A stretch of DNA of 64,000 bases, from contig NC_043004.1 of the NCBI RefSeq assembly GCF_006345805.1, positions 59,272,001 through 59,336,000 on the forward strand, written 5' to 3'. A model generated the notes under the pieces. It was not told the DNA's origin, did no database searches, and saw only the letters and a list, made by a program, of their open reading frames with translations. A program made the translations under genes and the position numbers. Positions 49,600 to 63,841 of this stretch are shown here, one piece after another. Position 1 is the first letter of the stretch. Each line of letters starts with the position of its first letter. The DNA is from Octopus sinensis (lineage: Eukaryota).

Positions 49600-50074
49600 T
49601 TTTGCCGAAGCTGTAAATGATGTGTAAGCCACATACCACTTATTTTGCTATGTTGCAAAAGTGTTGAAAATAGGGGTTCCTAATCGCTATATTATAATTT
49701 AAGACGTGTGTGTGTCTGTGTCTGTGTATATTTATTAGTTGCATTGAGTTTAAAGAGTTTTGTGATGGGAAGGATATATTGGGAGAGTTTTGGAACTTAG
49801 AATCCTAAAATAATGGTAGAAAAAGATGATCCTTAGACGAATGCTAAAAGAGTATCTGTAGAGCAGATAGTTATAAATATCAAAGTTGTTAAACGAGCGG
49901 GTATTACAAGAAAACTTGTAACATCATAATGTTTAATACAATGGGCATGATATAACTTAAGGCACTAAAATTTTGTACATTTAGTGAGGAAATGGGGAAC
50001 TGAAAGAAAAACAAATGACAGGTAAGATAGGCGAAAAAATTGGTTTAAACAGCTGGCTTCTGAAAGACTCAATA

Positions 50075-50475
50075 TTCTTTTCTACTCTAGACACATGTCC
50101 CGAAATTTTGGGGGAAGCGGCTAGACGATTAAATGGACCCCAGTAGGCAAATGGTATTTAATTTATTGATCCCGAAAGGATGAAAGGCAAAGTCGATCCC
50201 GGCGGAATTTGAACTCACAACGTAGCGGCAGACGAAATACCTATTTATTTACTACTCACAAGGGGCTACACACACAGAGGGGACAAACAAGGACAGAGAA
50301 ATAGATTAAGTCGATTATATCGATCCCAGTGCGTAACTGGTACTTAATTTATCGACCCCGAAAGGATGAAAGGCAAAGTCGACCTCAGCGGAATTTGAAC
50401 TCAGAACATAACGGCAGACGAAATACGGCTACGCACTTCGCCCGGGGTGCTAACGTTTCTGCTAGCTCGCTGCCA
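50075..50475 (-). mobile_element. Dimeric SINE B (full copy + headless copy with alternative tail)
   Basis: Flanked as one unit by TSD tctgaaagac(t/c)caata at 50059-50074 and 50476-50491. Confidence 0.8.
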
Positions 50476-50574
50476 TCTGAAAGACCCAATACTATACTAA
50501 CATGTGCGTTTGTTGGGTGAGGGAGGCAAGCCAGGTCAGTATTACCGAGGGCCTTTAGGCATAGAGTATCGCAA

Positions 50575-50740
50575 AGAAGAAGAAGAATGAGGAGAAGAAG
50601 AAGAAGAAGAAGAAGAAGAAGAAGAAGAAGAAGAAGAAGAAGAAGAAGAAGAAGAAGAAGAAGAAGAAGAAGAAGAAGAAGAAGAAGAAGAAGAAGAAGA
50701 AGAAGAAGAAGAAGAAGAAGACGACGACGACGACGACGAC
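50575..50740. repeat. (GAA)n/(GAC)n microsatellite
   Basis: Direct reading. Confidence 0.95.
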
Positions 50741-51426
50741 AAATTAAGGGATGCATAGAACGTTATATTCCTGTCAAACGAACGACGTTTATTAAGCTAG
50801 AAATATTTAAATGAAATACTGACTACGAAACAGATGGAATTGCTAGACAGGACCAAAAGGTTATTTTAACAAGAAAATCAATTCGTTGTGAGGCGGTATT
50901 TGGTTAAACGTAGTTTGTTGAAAATTGAAAATAGTTCTTCCAGGTTTCGCATTGATTTCGAAGTTGATCTCTCGTAAACAGCCAAGAGGTCAGGGTCTCA
51001 AACTAAATCTTTTCGATGGCAATCTACTAAAAATACCGAGTTATTTACTCAACTGAAATCAGGAGACTACAACATCTATTCAATTTGCTTATGGAAAACT
51101 GGATACCTGAATGCAAGATTTCTGAATAGGAACTACAGATATAGTTTGGAGGTCAGTTCATGCGACTTTAATATCAAAGGCTACACGACACGTGAAGATT
51201 CAGAGATATACGGAATAAGTTTAACGGAAAGCTAAATGCACAATGGTGAATGTATATTTAAGAAACATATATATATAGGATGAGATTAGGAAGAAGCATT
51301 CAAACATAAATATACCGAAGAACCTCTCTATTTATATATATCTACACACAAATATATATTTACTTAAATGCGTACATAGGTGTTTATATGTATATACCTA
51401 TATATCTGAATATAAATACATATGTA

Positions 51427-51473
<47 letters not shown>

Positions 51474-52086
51474 TGCTGCTCACACACTTATTGTCAAACA
51501 GCGAACATGGTCGATACATCGATACAAATCTCAAAAACCCTTTTACGTGAATGCGTGTTATCTGTGAATCAACATCCACCACCCCTCTCTCCCTCCCTCT
51601 CTCTCCTGTACACACACATATGTACACATATATGTAGGTATACGAAAATATGTATATGCCTGAAAGTAAGCATAGGTACATATGTATAGACACACGCACA
51701 CGCAGATACACACACACACACATTTAATGATGAAAGACAAAAGACAGTTTACTAAAATATATTTGGTAAAATTGTGCGCAAAAACGTACTGAAAATATAT
51801 AGACATATAACTATATAGCTACACTTAAAATATATTTAAAATACATTACAAATATATTAAAATTACATTAAAAAATATACATATAATATATAAATATGCT
51901 AAGAATATACAATATGTACTCCTACTTACAATAAAAGTGATATTAAATTTATATACACAGAATGGGTGTAGTGTAGGAACTATTATATATAGAGAGTTTT
52001 ATAATTCGTTAAAATCCGACGGCCGTTTCTGGGAACATAGTTGTGCAAAGTTGTTATAGAATTCAAGTTCTAATAATTTAATGTCT

Positions 52087-52313
52087 ATTTCTTTATTGCC
52101 CACAAGGGGCTAAACACAGAGGGGACAAACAAGGACAGGCAATAGGATAAATCAATTACATCGACCCCAGTGTGTAACTGGTACTTATTTAATCGACCCC
52201 GAAAGGACGAAAGGCAAAGTCGACCTCGGCGGAATTTGAACTCAGAACGTAGCGGCAGACGAAATACGGTTACACATTTCGCCCGGCGTGCTAACGGTTC
52301 TGCCAGCTCGCCC
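52087..52313 (-). mobile_element. SINE family B
   Basis: Homology to other copies. Confidence 0.88.
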
Positions 52314-52622
52314 GCTGACTACTTCCTCAGGGAAGTTATCAATTGTTAAGGCTACAGTTGTTATCCATCGAATTCCACCATAGTGTATAACATATGTAGT
52401 GTTACCAGTTGGAAACGTTTCCGAGGAAGGAGGCGGTGATATTGAATATAATACTGAAATTCTATTACTTCTTTTCACCCCAATGCCCCCAGAGTCAACC
52501 GTCGGATTTCAACTTCTATATTGATTTACAATGCACTCTACACTCCACCCATTCTGTAAATATAATTTTAACATTGCTTTTATTGTAAGCCTATATACTG
52601 AATGTTCTTAATATATTCTTAG

Positions 52623-52666
<44 letters not shown>

Positions 52667-52868
52667 TTAAAACATTGATGGCCATTGAAAGATAGTTATT
52701 TGAAAAGAAAACAAAAACGAGGGACGAAATATAATACTTTTTATTACATGCATTGTGGTCCAAAAGTAGGTTTACTATTATCACGTAGGCACTCCAAATT
52801 TCTTTTGAAACATTTCATTACATTTAAAATTCTATCTTATAATCATATTGTTTATTGATATTATTATG

Positions 52869-52912
<44 letters not shown>

Positions 52913-52913
52913 G

Positions 52914-52969
<56 letters not shown>

Positions 52970-52971
52970 TT

Positions 52972-53828
52972 CATTTTTAGATTCAGGTCAGAGTTGCGGC
53001 CATGCATGGGACACCGCCGTTTTGCTATACTGTTCTTATTGAGAGCTTCCTCTAATATGTGGCATTTTGGTGAATACGGGAGTTCGATGTCGCTACCCTC
53101 ATTTGCACCTCTTGCTACGAGGTAGGTTCATCTGGGACTTTCGACTGGAAGATGTCCAGTTTTGATTTGAAAAGACCTATATCCACTTTGTGTAGGTCCC
53201 TCAAGCTCTTTGGAAGAATACTGACAAAGCTGTGGGCACCTTAAACTCAGGCTGTTGCAGTAACTGGTCCTCAAGCGCGATGACATTGCTCGGATCTTTG
53301 GCACTGTGCAGTGTCGACCCGTTCTGGCATTGATGTAGCTTTCAATGTATATTACTTCATACTTCTCCCGCCGTCGCTTCAGGGAGTAGAGTCTTAGCTG
53401 TTTCAGCCTTTCCCAGTAGCCAAGTTCTAGCAACGAGACTAACTACTTTGTGAAGCTTCGCTGGATTGCTTCAAGATCCGCTGTTAATTTTACACTGTTG
53501 GTTGACTATAGCTGGGAGCAGTAGTCCATGTGGCTGAGGCCGAATATCATCCAGAAGACGATCAAAGTTTTATTCTCCCTGGTCCTGAACGTTCTCAGTA
53601 TCCAATCCAACCAGTTGTCTGCCCTTTGTGGTCATCCTGGTAATGTGCACTTGGAAAGAGGTATCATCACTCATGTCGATACCCAGGTCCCTCACTGATT
53701 TAGGCTCTGGGATTTTAATCCCCTATGGACCAATGTACAATGTAAGTTTTATATTCAGTTTTGGACGCTGGTAGCGCAGGGCCTGGAATTTTTCAGCATT
53801 AAACCGCATATTATTGTCCTCAGCCCAT
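52972..53828 (-). mobile_element. CR1-like LINE 3' fragment with (TAAA)n/(AAT)n tail
   Basis: WAEDNNMRFNAEKFQAL, LGYWERLKQLRLYSLKRRREKY and NARTGRHC. The 3' UTR matches the tail of 14490-14890. Confidence 0.85.
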
Positions 53829-54654
53829 CTGTAATTATATAAATTAGCATAGAATAATGGTTTCATATTTTCTTTTAATGATTACGATCTAAACTGTTAA
53901 TATATGAATGTACAAGAGATAGTTGAATAAATGTAAACTTACTTTTGGGCCACATTCTATAGAAGAAAATAGGACTGCTGCCATGTTTCAATATAAAATA
54001 TTCCCTTTCATATAAAATATTTGCAATAACTGTGCTATATCCTCATGATCCATGTGTGTTTGTTTACACATGCACACACACACACACGCACACATACACA
54101 CACACATATATGATGTAAGTTTGCACGTATGCTTGAATACATGTGTTATATGTATGTTTTAATATATGGATGCGTATATTTTAAACATGCTTGTTTATAA
54201 TAAGACTCTTGTAATCGAATGCTTCAGCCTTTCTTTTGTGATATATTCTCGAAGTTGTAGGCAGCAAATTTCTGTACAAAAATAAAACATGCACTGACAC
54301 ATGAAGATCATCAGAGTGGGAGAATAAAAAAAACAACAAAAACACCTATTATCTAATTACTATTAAACAAATTAATGAAATTCTTGTGTTATTTACCGAC
54401 TAATCAATTTATGTTGGTTTGTTGATTTGATTGTCTTTACAACACATTTTGCGTGTTTATGTATGTGAGGCATCTGACTGAAATACAATTTTACTGTTGA
54501 TGAACAGCGACATGATGAAAGAAATTATAAAGAAAAAGAATGAGGTAAGAAAAAAATTATTGTTTATTCATGTAAAGTACAATTGAATAGTGTAAAATTT
54601 CGTATAAGAAATGATTGAAAATAGTAAAGGAGGAAAATAGGGCAAAAAATGAGA

Positions 54655-55549
54655 ATCCGTAGTCTGATCAATAAGTTTCAGGAATGTTGCTATAGTAATG
54701 AAGCTAAAAGCACAGAGAGTGAAGCCGCTTCACACAGATTGACCGTGAACTCTGCTGTGCATAAGAACTAAGTTTTAACGTTCTAGCTCTCTTTCATTGT
54801 TTTCAGCAGTGGTTGGAAGGAAGATCTGTAACGTGTGATCATCGCATTGACTGTGACAGAGGAATTTGAGCAGAGAATCTGCATCAAATTTTGCCAAAAT
54901 CTTGGCAATACCTGCTGAGAGGCCTACAAAAAGTTTTCAAAAAGCTTTCATCGTTCTCGACACAATCAAGATCTTGTGCAACTGAAACCCGAGTGTCTTT
55001 TAGGTAAGCTGAAAGCAGATTTGGCACAAACTTAGCAGATACCCGTCTAATATCAAAATCTTCAGTGATAATGGACTGAACCGAACCGTAAATAATCTGC
55101 ACATCCTCTGATAACTCACAGATGGTGATCCGACGATTTCCCCTCACAGCTACACACACATCTGCGATGTTTTTCTCAGTTCTGCTGGTGGCGAGTCTCC
55201 GAAAATGTTCGTTAATATCGACATTTTTTAAGCGATCTTAGAAACGTCTGAATCATTCCTACACTTGTGCGCGGGTCATACACTCCTCTCCACACACTCT
55301 CTGCACCATTGCGTAGGCAACATTTAGCAGGTGAGGTTATGACAACTTTCTCTGTCATGGTCAATGCGACGATCACACGCTACTCACATTCTTTCCAAGC
55401 GCTGCTGTAAACAGTGGTAGTGAGCTAGAATGTTAAAAGTTTGTGCGCATACACATCAGAGTTTTAGGTCAATATGTGCCAAGCAGTTTCATTGTCCGTG
55501 CTTTAGCTTTAATTACTATAGCAACAGTTCGGATACTTATTGATCAGAT

Positions 55550-55554
<5 letters not shown>
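54655..55554. mobile_element. Mariner-derived element made of two head-to-head 5' halves
   Basis: ~45-bp TIRs (tctgatcaataagt...gttgctatagtaat) at both ends. Plus-strand EQRICIKFCQNLG; minus-strand RRITICELSEDV...RRVSAKFVPNLL. Confidence 0.8.
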
Positions 55555-55597
<43 letters not shown>

Positions 55598-55637
55598 TAT
55601 CACTGTCTGCCTGTTTATCTATCTATGTATGTATCTA

Positions 55638-55683
<46 letters not shown>

Positions 55684-55799
55684 ACTGTCTGTCTGCCTTT
55701 CTGACTGTCTGTCTGCCTGTCTGTCGTTCTGTCTGTCCGTCTGTCTGTATGTATGCATGTCTGACTGTCAGTCAGTTTTTCTGTCTCTGTCTCTCTATC

Positions 55800-55863
<64 letters not shown>

Positions 55864-55864
55864 C

Positions 55865-56238
55865 ACAGGAATGGCTGTGTGGTAAGTAGCTTGCCTACCA
55901 ACCACATGGTTCCGAGTTCAGTCGCACTGCGTGGCACCTTGGGTGGGTCTCTTCTAGTATTGCCTTGTGAGTGCATTTGGTTGACGGAAACTGAAAAAAG
56001 CCCGTCGTATATATGTATATATATATGTGTGTGTATATGTGTTTTTGTGTCTGTGTTTGTCCCCCCAACATCGCTTGATAACCGATGCTGGTGTGTTTAC
56101 GCCCCCGTAACATAGCGGTTCTGCAAAGAGACCGATAGAATAAGTACTAGGCTTACAAAGAATAAGTCCTGGGGTCGATTTGCTCGACTAAAGGCGGTGC
56201 TCCAGCATGGCCGCAGTCAAATGACTGAAACAAGTAAA
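55865..56238 (+). mobile_element. SINE family A
   Basis: Homology to other copies. Confidence 0.88.
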
Positions 56239-56432
56239 ACATGGGGCCGATGAAGGACAACGATCCTGAAACACGTCTCCCTAGATGCAGCTTCGGCAGC
56301 CGGGGGTGTTTGTCTCCCCTTCGTAGGGAAAAATGTGTCAAAGCCATCAGGAGGCGTTCGATGCTTCCTAGGGCTATACAGCGGTGGTGTACCCCCTACT
56401 GTCACGTTCTTGTTAGATTGACAGTATACAAC

Positions 56433-56530
<98 letters not shown>

Positions 56531-56606
56531 ACTCATAAGGCAAGAAAATGGCAGAGAAAGGATGTATGGGAAGGAGGATAATTCAGTTAATATTTAAAGG
56601 GATTGA

Positions 56607-56812
56607 GGGCGGCGAGCTGGCAGGAACGTTAGCACAAGAGATGAAATCCTTAACGGCATTTCGTCTGTCTTAATGCTCTGAGTTCAATTTCCGCTGACGT
56701 CTACTTTGCCTTTCGGGGTCGATAAATTTAGTACCAGTTGCGTGCTGGGGTCGATTTAATCCACTGGCCCCTCCTCAGAAAATTTCGGGACTTGTGCCTA
56801 GAGTAGAAAAGT
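56607..56812 (+). mobile_element. SINE family B with alternative tail (aaatttcgggacttgtgcctagagtagaaaag)
   Basis: Same head and centre as other B copies; the tail matches 50075-50120 on the minus strand. Confidence 0.85.
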
Positions 56813-56899
56813 ATATTTAAACTGATGGAAAAAAATAGAATTTTTTCTATGAAAGCGATAAAGCACAATCAACAACAATAATAATACGAGTCTCAAATT

Positions 56900-57052
56900 T
56901 TGGAACAGGGTCAGCAATGTTTAGGGTGGGCTGAATCGGTCCCATACTTAATTTATCAACCTCTAAAGAATAAAAGTCAAAGTCGACCTCAGCGGAATTT
57001 GAACTCTGAACGTAAGGAATGCCCGGCACGCAAACGATTCAGCTACCTTGCC
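56900..57052 (-). mobile_element. Degenerate SINE family B
   Basis: Central domain is recognisable. Confidence 0.65.
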
Positions 57053-57509
57053 GCCTTTGCAACAGTAATAACAATAGAGGCGCTAATATGACTGTAATTA
57101 AAATGTTTGCTTTGCAACTTACAGGTTCGAGATCCGATCCTAATGTGCGGAAACTTGGGTGAGTAGTTTCTGCTATAAATTAATGGCATTATTACATGAT
57201 GAATGCTAATGCCCGCTATACTGCGTAGTTTTCGCATATCAAGAGTCTCTGAGAATTTTCTCATTAACTGGTGGTGTATTGTTTTAGACTCATTACTACA
57301 CTTTAGAAGATGCTAGTAGGCAACAATTGGCACTAGGCCAGCCCGAGTGGTGGTGGTCGTGGTGGTAGTGGTGGGGCACCTGTAATAGGTTGAACCTGAA
57401 TTCTATATCGGTCATGGCGTGATTTGAACTCAGAGCAGACATGGCTGTGAAGGCAAAAAAAAGGGCATTGAGATGTGAACCAATTGTCTGGCTTCTAAAC
57501 AATACAAAA

Positions 57510-58110
57510 GGCGTATGAACACAAACCAGAAGCTATGATAGGAAATGAGAGTTACAAAATCTTGTGGGACTAACCCTTAAATCTTGACCATATAACAGAA
57601 GCATGAATGCCAGATATGATTGTAGAGGACATAATAAACTAAGAGTACATGATCATAGATTTTGAAATTTCTTACGATCGCAAGGAAATTGAAAATAAAT
57701 GGAGAAATATCAGGATCTAGTCTGAGATATGGAGAGACTGTGGAAGATCAAAATAAATATTTCTGTAGCACCGTATTTCAACGTGTATAAGGAACCCATT
57801 TTTGTCAAAAATTAGGTTTAAAAAATATGCCGTTTCTTATACGTGAATAGTGTTATGATCCTTTACAAAACCTTTAGTCCAAATTTTAAGCCCCCCAAAT
57901 TAGGGGGTTTCTATTACACGAGGGTTCCTTAAAGGCATTAAAATACAGTAATTGGGGTACTTCGTACAACCACTCAAATACTATTTAAAATACTGAAAGA
58001 GATTGGAATTGAAACTGCCAATGTCTCCTTATAGAAAAGTACCATCTTATATTCTGCAAGAATCCTCATAGAGATTAGATTCTTGAGATTTGAAGAAGCT
58101 TATCACCAAA
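57510..58110 (+). mobile_element. R4/Dong-like LINE restriction-like endonuclease domain remnant
   Basis: YEHKPEAMIGNESYKILWD, PDMIVED, IIDF, frameshifted RLWKI, ISV[MITE]VIGVL and KSTILYSARIL. Confidence 0.75.
57771..57948. mobile_element. Tc1/mariner-type MITE in a TA target
   Basis: Ends CCGTATTT...AAATACAG-TA with inner inverted aaggaaccc/gggttcctt. Removing it restores the reading ISVVIG. Confidence 0.65.
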
Positions 58111-59149
58111 CCTGAAAATAAAATTTCTGCTAAGTAAATTAGCATGCAAGGGGGACGTTTAATATGTAAGACCGATAAAACATTACTCCGAAATCTATCG
58201 AAAAACATCAGGGATAAAAGCAACAGTAAGTAATAATCATTAAATCATTAAAGTAATAATCATTAAATTTATTCCTATTTTCCACATGATATGATGTATT
58301 ATAATTGTGTACAATCTCATTCACTCACATAAGACATGTAAATATGCACTCCACATTACGGTTCAAATGAACATCAGACCGTCTCTGTCCTCCAACATCA
58401 TGCACAAAAAATTAAATATAAATTAAATAATACCTGCATTATTCAGCTCAAGAATAACAAACGGGAAGTTCATATTTTAATTTTATTACACTAAAAATAC
58501 GAAAAGTTACACGTGCAAAAATCTTTTAACGCCAGTAATGAGCGGATCGCTATCCTACGACAATGATGACAGTCTAATTAAAGGGCTGAGAGTTATTCCT
58601 AATGACCTTCAAATAAAATCGAAAGATCATAAATGTAATGGAGATGAATATAGATATTTCTGTTGTACTCGCTTTTGTTTTTGCAGCAGTGTTCTACTCA
58701 TAAAACGAAATTACGACAGTATACTTATAGAAAATCTAAAAGAAAAATATTTCCTAATACTTCCTAATTTGGAAGTATCGATGAATCCTTACAAACTTGT
58801 CAATATAACGAGATACACTCTGAAAAAACAAAACAAAAACTAAATCAGAAACTGAAATAGAGCATTTAAAACGAAAAATACATCATGGAAACGCCAATGC
58901 TGCCCATAGAACAATACCTAGTAATTACAAAAGTATTGGGATTGAAAAAGACGAAGATAGACCTATGTGCGACAAAAATGCGGTAGGTGAAGAAACACAA
59001 CAAACCCAAACTCTAAGAATGCTTAATGATGACCAAAATCCCCAAACCACTAAACCAGATCAACAAAAGAATACCCGGGAAGGAAAAACTGGAAAGGAAG
59101 AATTCAGAAACCATTATTATGATACTTTAAAGTTGAGTATAATCAAGGA

Positions 59150-60050
59150 ATTAAAAGCCACAACAAAACTCAATAACTACCACCTAACAGAACCAGAGAC
59201 AACACCTGAATGGCTCACAGGAGGAAAAATCGTCCTAATTCCCAAATCAGCTCAGACAAAAATCCGTAAAAATACAGATCTATAACATGTCTCTATATAT
59301 CTTACAGCCTTAACTGCAATAATATTGCAGAGAATGGGAAGATATCTTCTAAACAACTTGTTTCTAGAAGATCAGAAGGGATGCTGGGATGCTGAAGAGG
59401 TTCATATAGCTGCAAAGATCAATTACTGAGCATCAAAGCCATAACTGAAGTCTGCCAAAAGAAAAAGGGTCTAACTACGACGTGGATCGATTTCCGTAGG
59501 GCTTTTGACAATATTCCCCAAAACGTACCCTAGAGACTCTTGTTGGATCTTGGATGGAAGCACTCCGTTGGTTACGACGACGAGGGTTCCGGTTGATCCG
59601 AATCAACGGAACAGCCTGCTCGTGAAATTAACGTGTAAGTGGCTGAGCACTCCACAGACACGTGTACTCTTAACGTAGTTCTCGGGGATATTCAGCGTGA
59701 CACAGAGAGTGACAAGGCCGGCCCTTTGAAATACAGGTACAACAGAAACAGGAAGTAAGAGTGAGAGAAAGTTGTGGTGAAAGAGTACAGCAGGGATCAC
59801 CACTATTCCCTGCCGGAGCCTCGTGGAGCTTTTAGGTGTTTTCGCTCAATAAACACTCACAACGCCCGGTCTGGGAATCGAAACGGCGATCCTATGACCG
59901 CGAGTCCGCTGCCCTAACCACTGGGCAATTGCGCCTCCACTGTTGGATCTTACAGATCAGTGAAACCGAAGAGATTAACGTCCTCATTAAACTGTTAAAA
60001 AACAGTTCAGAGCTGCATTGTAAACATAAGAGGAAAAGAGCTGGAAAATT
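59150..60050 (+). mobile_element. R4/Dong-like LINE RT remnant interrupted by SINE C
   Basis: PEWLTGGKIVLIPK, EDQKGC, CKDQLLSIK and WIDFRRAFDNIP. Confidence 0.75.
59552..59940 (-). mobile_element. SINE family C with 11-bp TSD
   Basis: TSD tgttggatctt at 59541-59551 and 59941-59951. Close to the reverse complement of 12532-12919. Confidence 0.92.
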
Positions 60051-60712
60051 ACAGAGGCTCGTCTTGTGGGATAAAACAAACTGGGCTCAGTTAGAAGAAT
60101 GGGATTTGATAGACATTTGGTTCCTAATTCTATGAGGAACGAAGGCTTTGAGGATCTATCGTTAGATCTATGAGCGGGGTCCTGCTGATTTATTAGACAT
60201 ACAAAATTAACAATGCAGATCATTGAAGTAAAATACAGAGAAACCTTCAGTTCATTTTGCTGCAGTCATTTTTCATGTCAACCAATGACAGTAACAACAT
60301 CAGCAACAACGAGCTTACCGCGACAGATTCCTCTCAAACGTTGCTTAATCACCTCGAAATATCAGCAAAATATCCCTCATTTAAAACCCTACGGTCATAA
60401 GTGATAAAACATTGCAGAATCTAAATCTAAGTATAATACATATGAAAATATGCCGAGATGGTCATATTTGTAAAGGCATGGATCCTCGCTCTACTCGAGC
60501 AGCGCTGAGTTCAGGCTAAAAAACATTAGTTTTTAGCAGTGAAAGCTTGCTAATAAAATACATCAGAGAAAGAGAGAAGCTCTCAGGAAGCAGATATTAA
60601 GAGCCAGTTTCAATTCCTGTTTGAAGCCGATTCCATTAACTTACGTAACAAAACAACACTGGAAGGGGAAATGCAACCTTTGAAAAATCCCATTTTTTCC
60701 TACGCCCCCACG

Positions 60713-60814
<102 letters not shown>

Positions 60815-61611
60815 GTATATGTCTATGTTTTATATATGCATATATGTGTGCATGTGTGTGCAAAACATTAGCATATGTGTGTGTATATACGTCTATGAAT
60901 GTATGTATGTATGTATTTTATGGTGTCGTGCGCGAGTGATAAAGCAACAATATCTATAGAATAACTTGTAAAAAAAAAAAAGAATGGCAACTGCAGCGAA
61001 AGCACCATTCTATTATGAACAACAAACATTATGAACAGTTTCAATAACTCTAGAGAAGAAGAAGAAGATATAAGAGAGCAGCGCTGCCAACACAATAACA
61101 ACACGAAGCATAAGAAACGCTATCAGCAGCAACATCCAATAAAATACAACAATAGGAACACCAAAAACAAATGCAATACCAAGGCTACATTAAATCGATG
61201 ATACTGTTAACGCTGACTCAAAAGTTTCCTTTAAGGTAAAGGAATGCGAAAATGTGATATGTGTGTATATGCGTTTCTATATGTGTTTATGTGTATAGAT
61301 GTCACGTGACTGTCGGTGTGTAATATAATAAATCTTAACTGTTTAACTCTGTAACACGCGCCCGCCCGACTCCCACTAGATCCTAAACATTTGCAGGTTA
61401 GCTCTACATTACCAACAGCCCCTACCCAATCCTAGATTACCAGCTTTCTATTTTCGCTCCTTAGTTTTGTAATGGCTGTGGTGGTAGTGGTAGTGGTGTT
61501 GATAGTTGGTGGAGAATAAATAAATTAAAGCGAAGGGGAGTAAATTTCATTAAACCCTCAAACACATTTACAGGTTTGATATCTTAAGAAGATCTTTGAC
61601 GCAGCAATCGA

Positions 61612-61672
<61 letters not shown>

Positions 61673-63138
61673 CTTACACGCATGCACACACGCACATACA
61701 CAGCTTCTACACTCATATGTGGGAACACGCAAGCACGCACACGCACGCATTCTGATGCATGCTGTTATTTATTTACTCGTTCATGCTAAATTATTTATCT
61801 ATACACGAACTTTATGTGATATACGTAGAAAAATGCACACTTGTTTATGCACGCACATCTCACTATAAGCTACACGTACATGTATATATATACACATGCA
61901 TGTGTATATATATTATGGAGCACAGGTTTCGCCATACATATTTACCTGCATGAATTAATAATGCATATGCATACGCAGGTATAAACGCACGTACACATAC
62001 ACACACAACACACAAACATACACACACATTAATACACGCTCTAATATTTATACAAATATTTTGATGAGTGAGTGTGTATATGTATCTCTATAATTATAAA
62101 TACACACGCACACGCATAAATTGATGTGTGTGTATATATATATATATACATAAATGCATACATACATACATACATACATATACATATAAATATATATATA
62201 CATACGCATACACATTTAGCCTTATTCGATTCCTTCTACCTCTGTTTATTTATCGGTAGTATAGAAATCTACATAACTGCAAGCGCGCATATACACACAC
62301 ATCCACATTAATGCACACTCACGTGTAGAGAAATACACATGCCGACGCACGAGAATACATATGCTCTATCATAAAGGCAGTCAGACGAAGCACGTAAACA
62401 AAAAAGCACGCACACACACACTGACGCGTTTGTGCGTGCGTACGTGCGCACAGACACACACGCACATACACACATGCGCGCATAGGGTAACCCTGAAACA
62501 CAGTAACACTATATTATGTCGCCAAAGAATTTGCACGTTCGCGAGAAAATGGCGGATTGATTCAACGAGAAACTTGATTAATTTACTGAGAGATGCAAAC
62601 AAACGCATGGAAAATTATAAACAAAATAAATTGCTACATGCTTTTCCTTTAATTCCAAAAGTGGGTTGTTTGCTCTTCAGGTGATTCATCAAATTCCACA
62701 TCTCTTTCATGCCTCCAAGAAATGTCATTCTTCACCTCTTTACTTCATCAAAATGGCATTTTACATCCTCCACAAATCCAGGAAATATTACCTTCCATTC
62801 TGGAATGCTTCAAGACATCCCTTTTCATAAATCCAAGAGTTCCATTTACCAAAAAGCCAATATCCGATTTATGCCTGCAGACTCTAATGTTTAATTTTCT
62901 AAGCTGCTATTACATAATAAACACACCATCATACACTTGTGCATGCGTATAAATATGCATATATGCATATAGACGCGTATATATGTATGTGTATATATAC
63001 ATATATATATATATGTATGTATATATATATACATGTATATATATATATATATATGTATGTATATATATATGTATGTATATTTATATACATACGCATATAT
63101 GAGTATATATATATATATATATACGTATATATATATAT

Positions 63139-63190
<52 letters not shown>

Positions 63191-63482
63191 TATATATAAT
63201 ATACATGGTATGTATACATACTCACACACATACAGACAATCCCATGCATACGAGTGTTTGTATGAGCATGTGTGTATTTATATATATATACCACCATCAG
63301 CACTGGAAGTGGCACAATAGAGATAAGGAATGTCATATTGAGTTCGGCTGCCAGTAACAGAAAACTAGAGATCTCTAGAGAAAAATTGTGCACATTCATA
63401 TACACCTTGAGAGGACATCTATAAAAGAGTTAATCGAATCAAAAAGGAAGCCTGCTACACTAAATATATTGTGCATTATGAT

Positions 63483-63770
63483 GGCGCAGGCGTGGCTGTG
63501 TGGTAAGAAGTCTGTTTCACAATCACATGATTCTGGGTTCTGTCTCATCTTGGGAAAGTTTCTTGTATCGATCTACGTCTTGTGAGTGGATTTCGTAGAC
63601 GGAAACTGAAAGAAGCCCATCGTCTATATGCGTCTGTGTCTGTGTTTGTGTGGGTGTGTGTATATCTCTTTGTCTGTATTTTCCACCACCACACACCAGT
63701 TGAAAACCAATGTTGATGTATTTACGTTCCTGTAAGTTAACGCTTCAGTATTAATTACTGTGGTCGATTC
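63483..63770 (+). mobile_element. Degenerate SINE family A
   Basis: Head, ggaaactgaaagaagccc and the central tract are recognisable. Confidence 0.7.
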
Positions 63771-63841
63771 GTGCAGCTACAAAAATTTCTTCAAAGTGGT
63801 GCCTCACTATGGCTACTATCGAAAGATTAAAACAAGTAGAA

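Noticed and set aside
57510-59540. Endonuclease domain lying upstream of RT, suggesting a LINE with novel domain order
   Set aside because: Both pieces are heavily decayed and ~1 kb apart. Two independent fragments is the simpler explanation.
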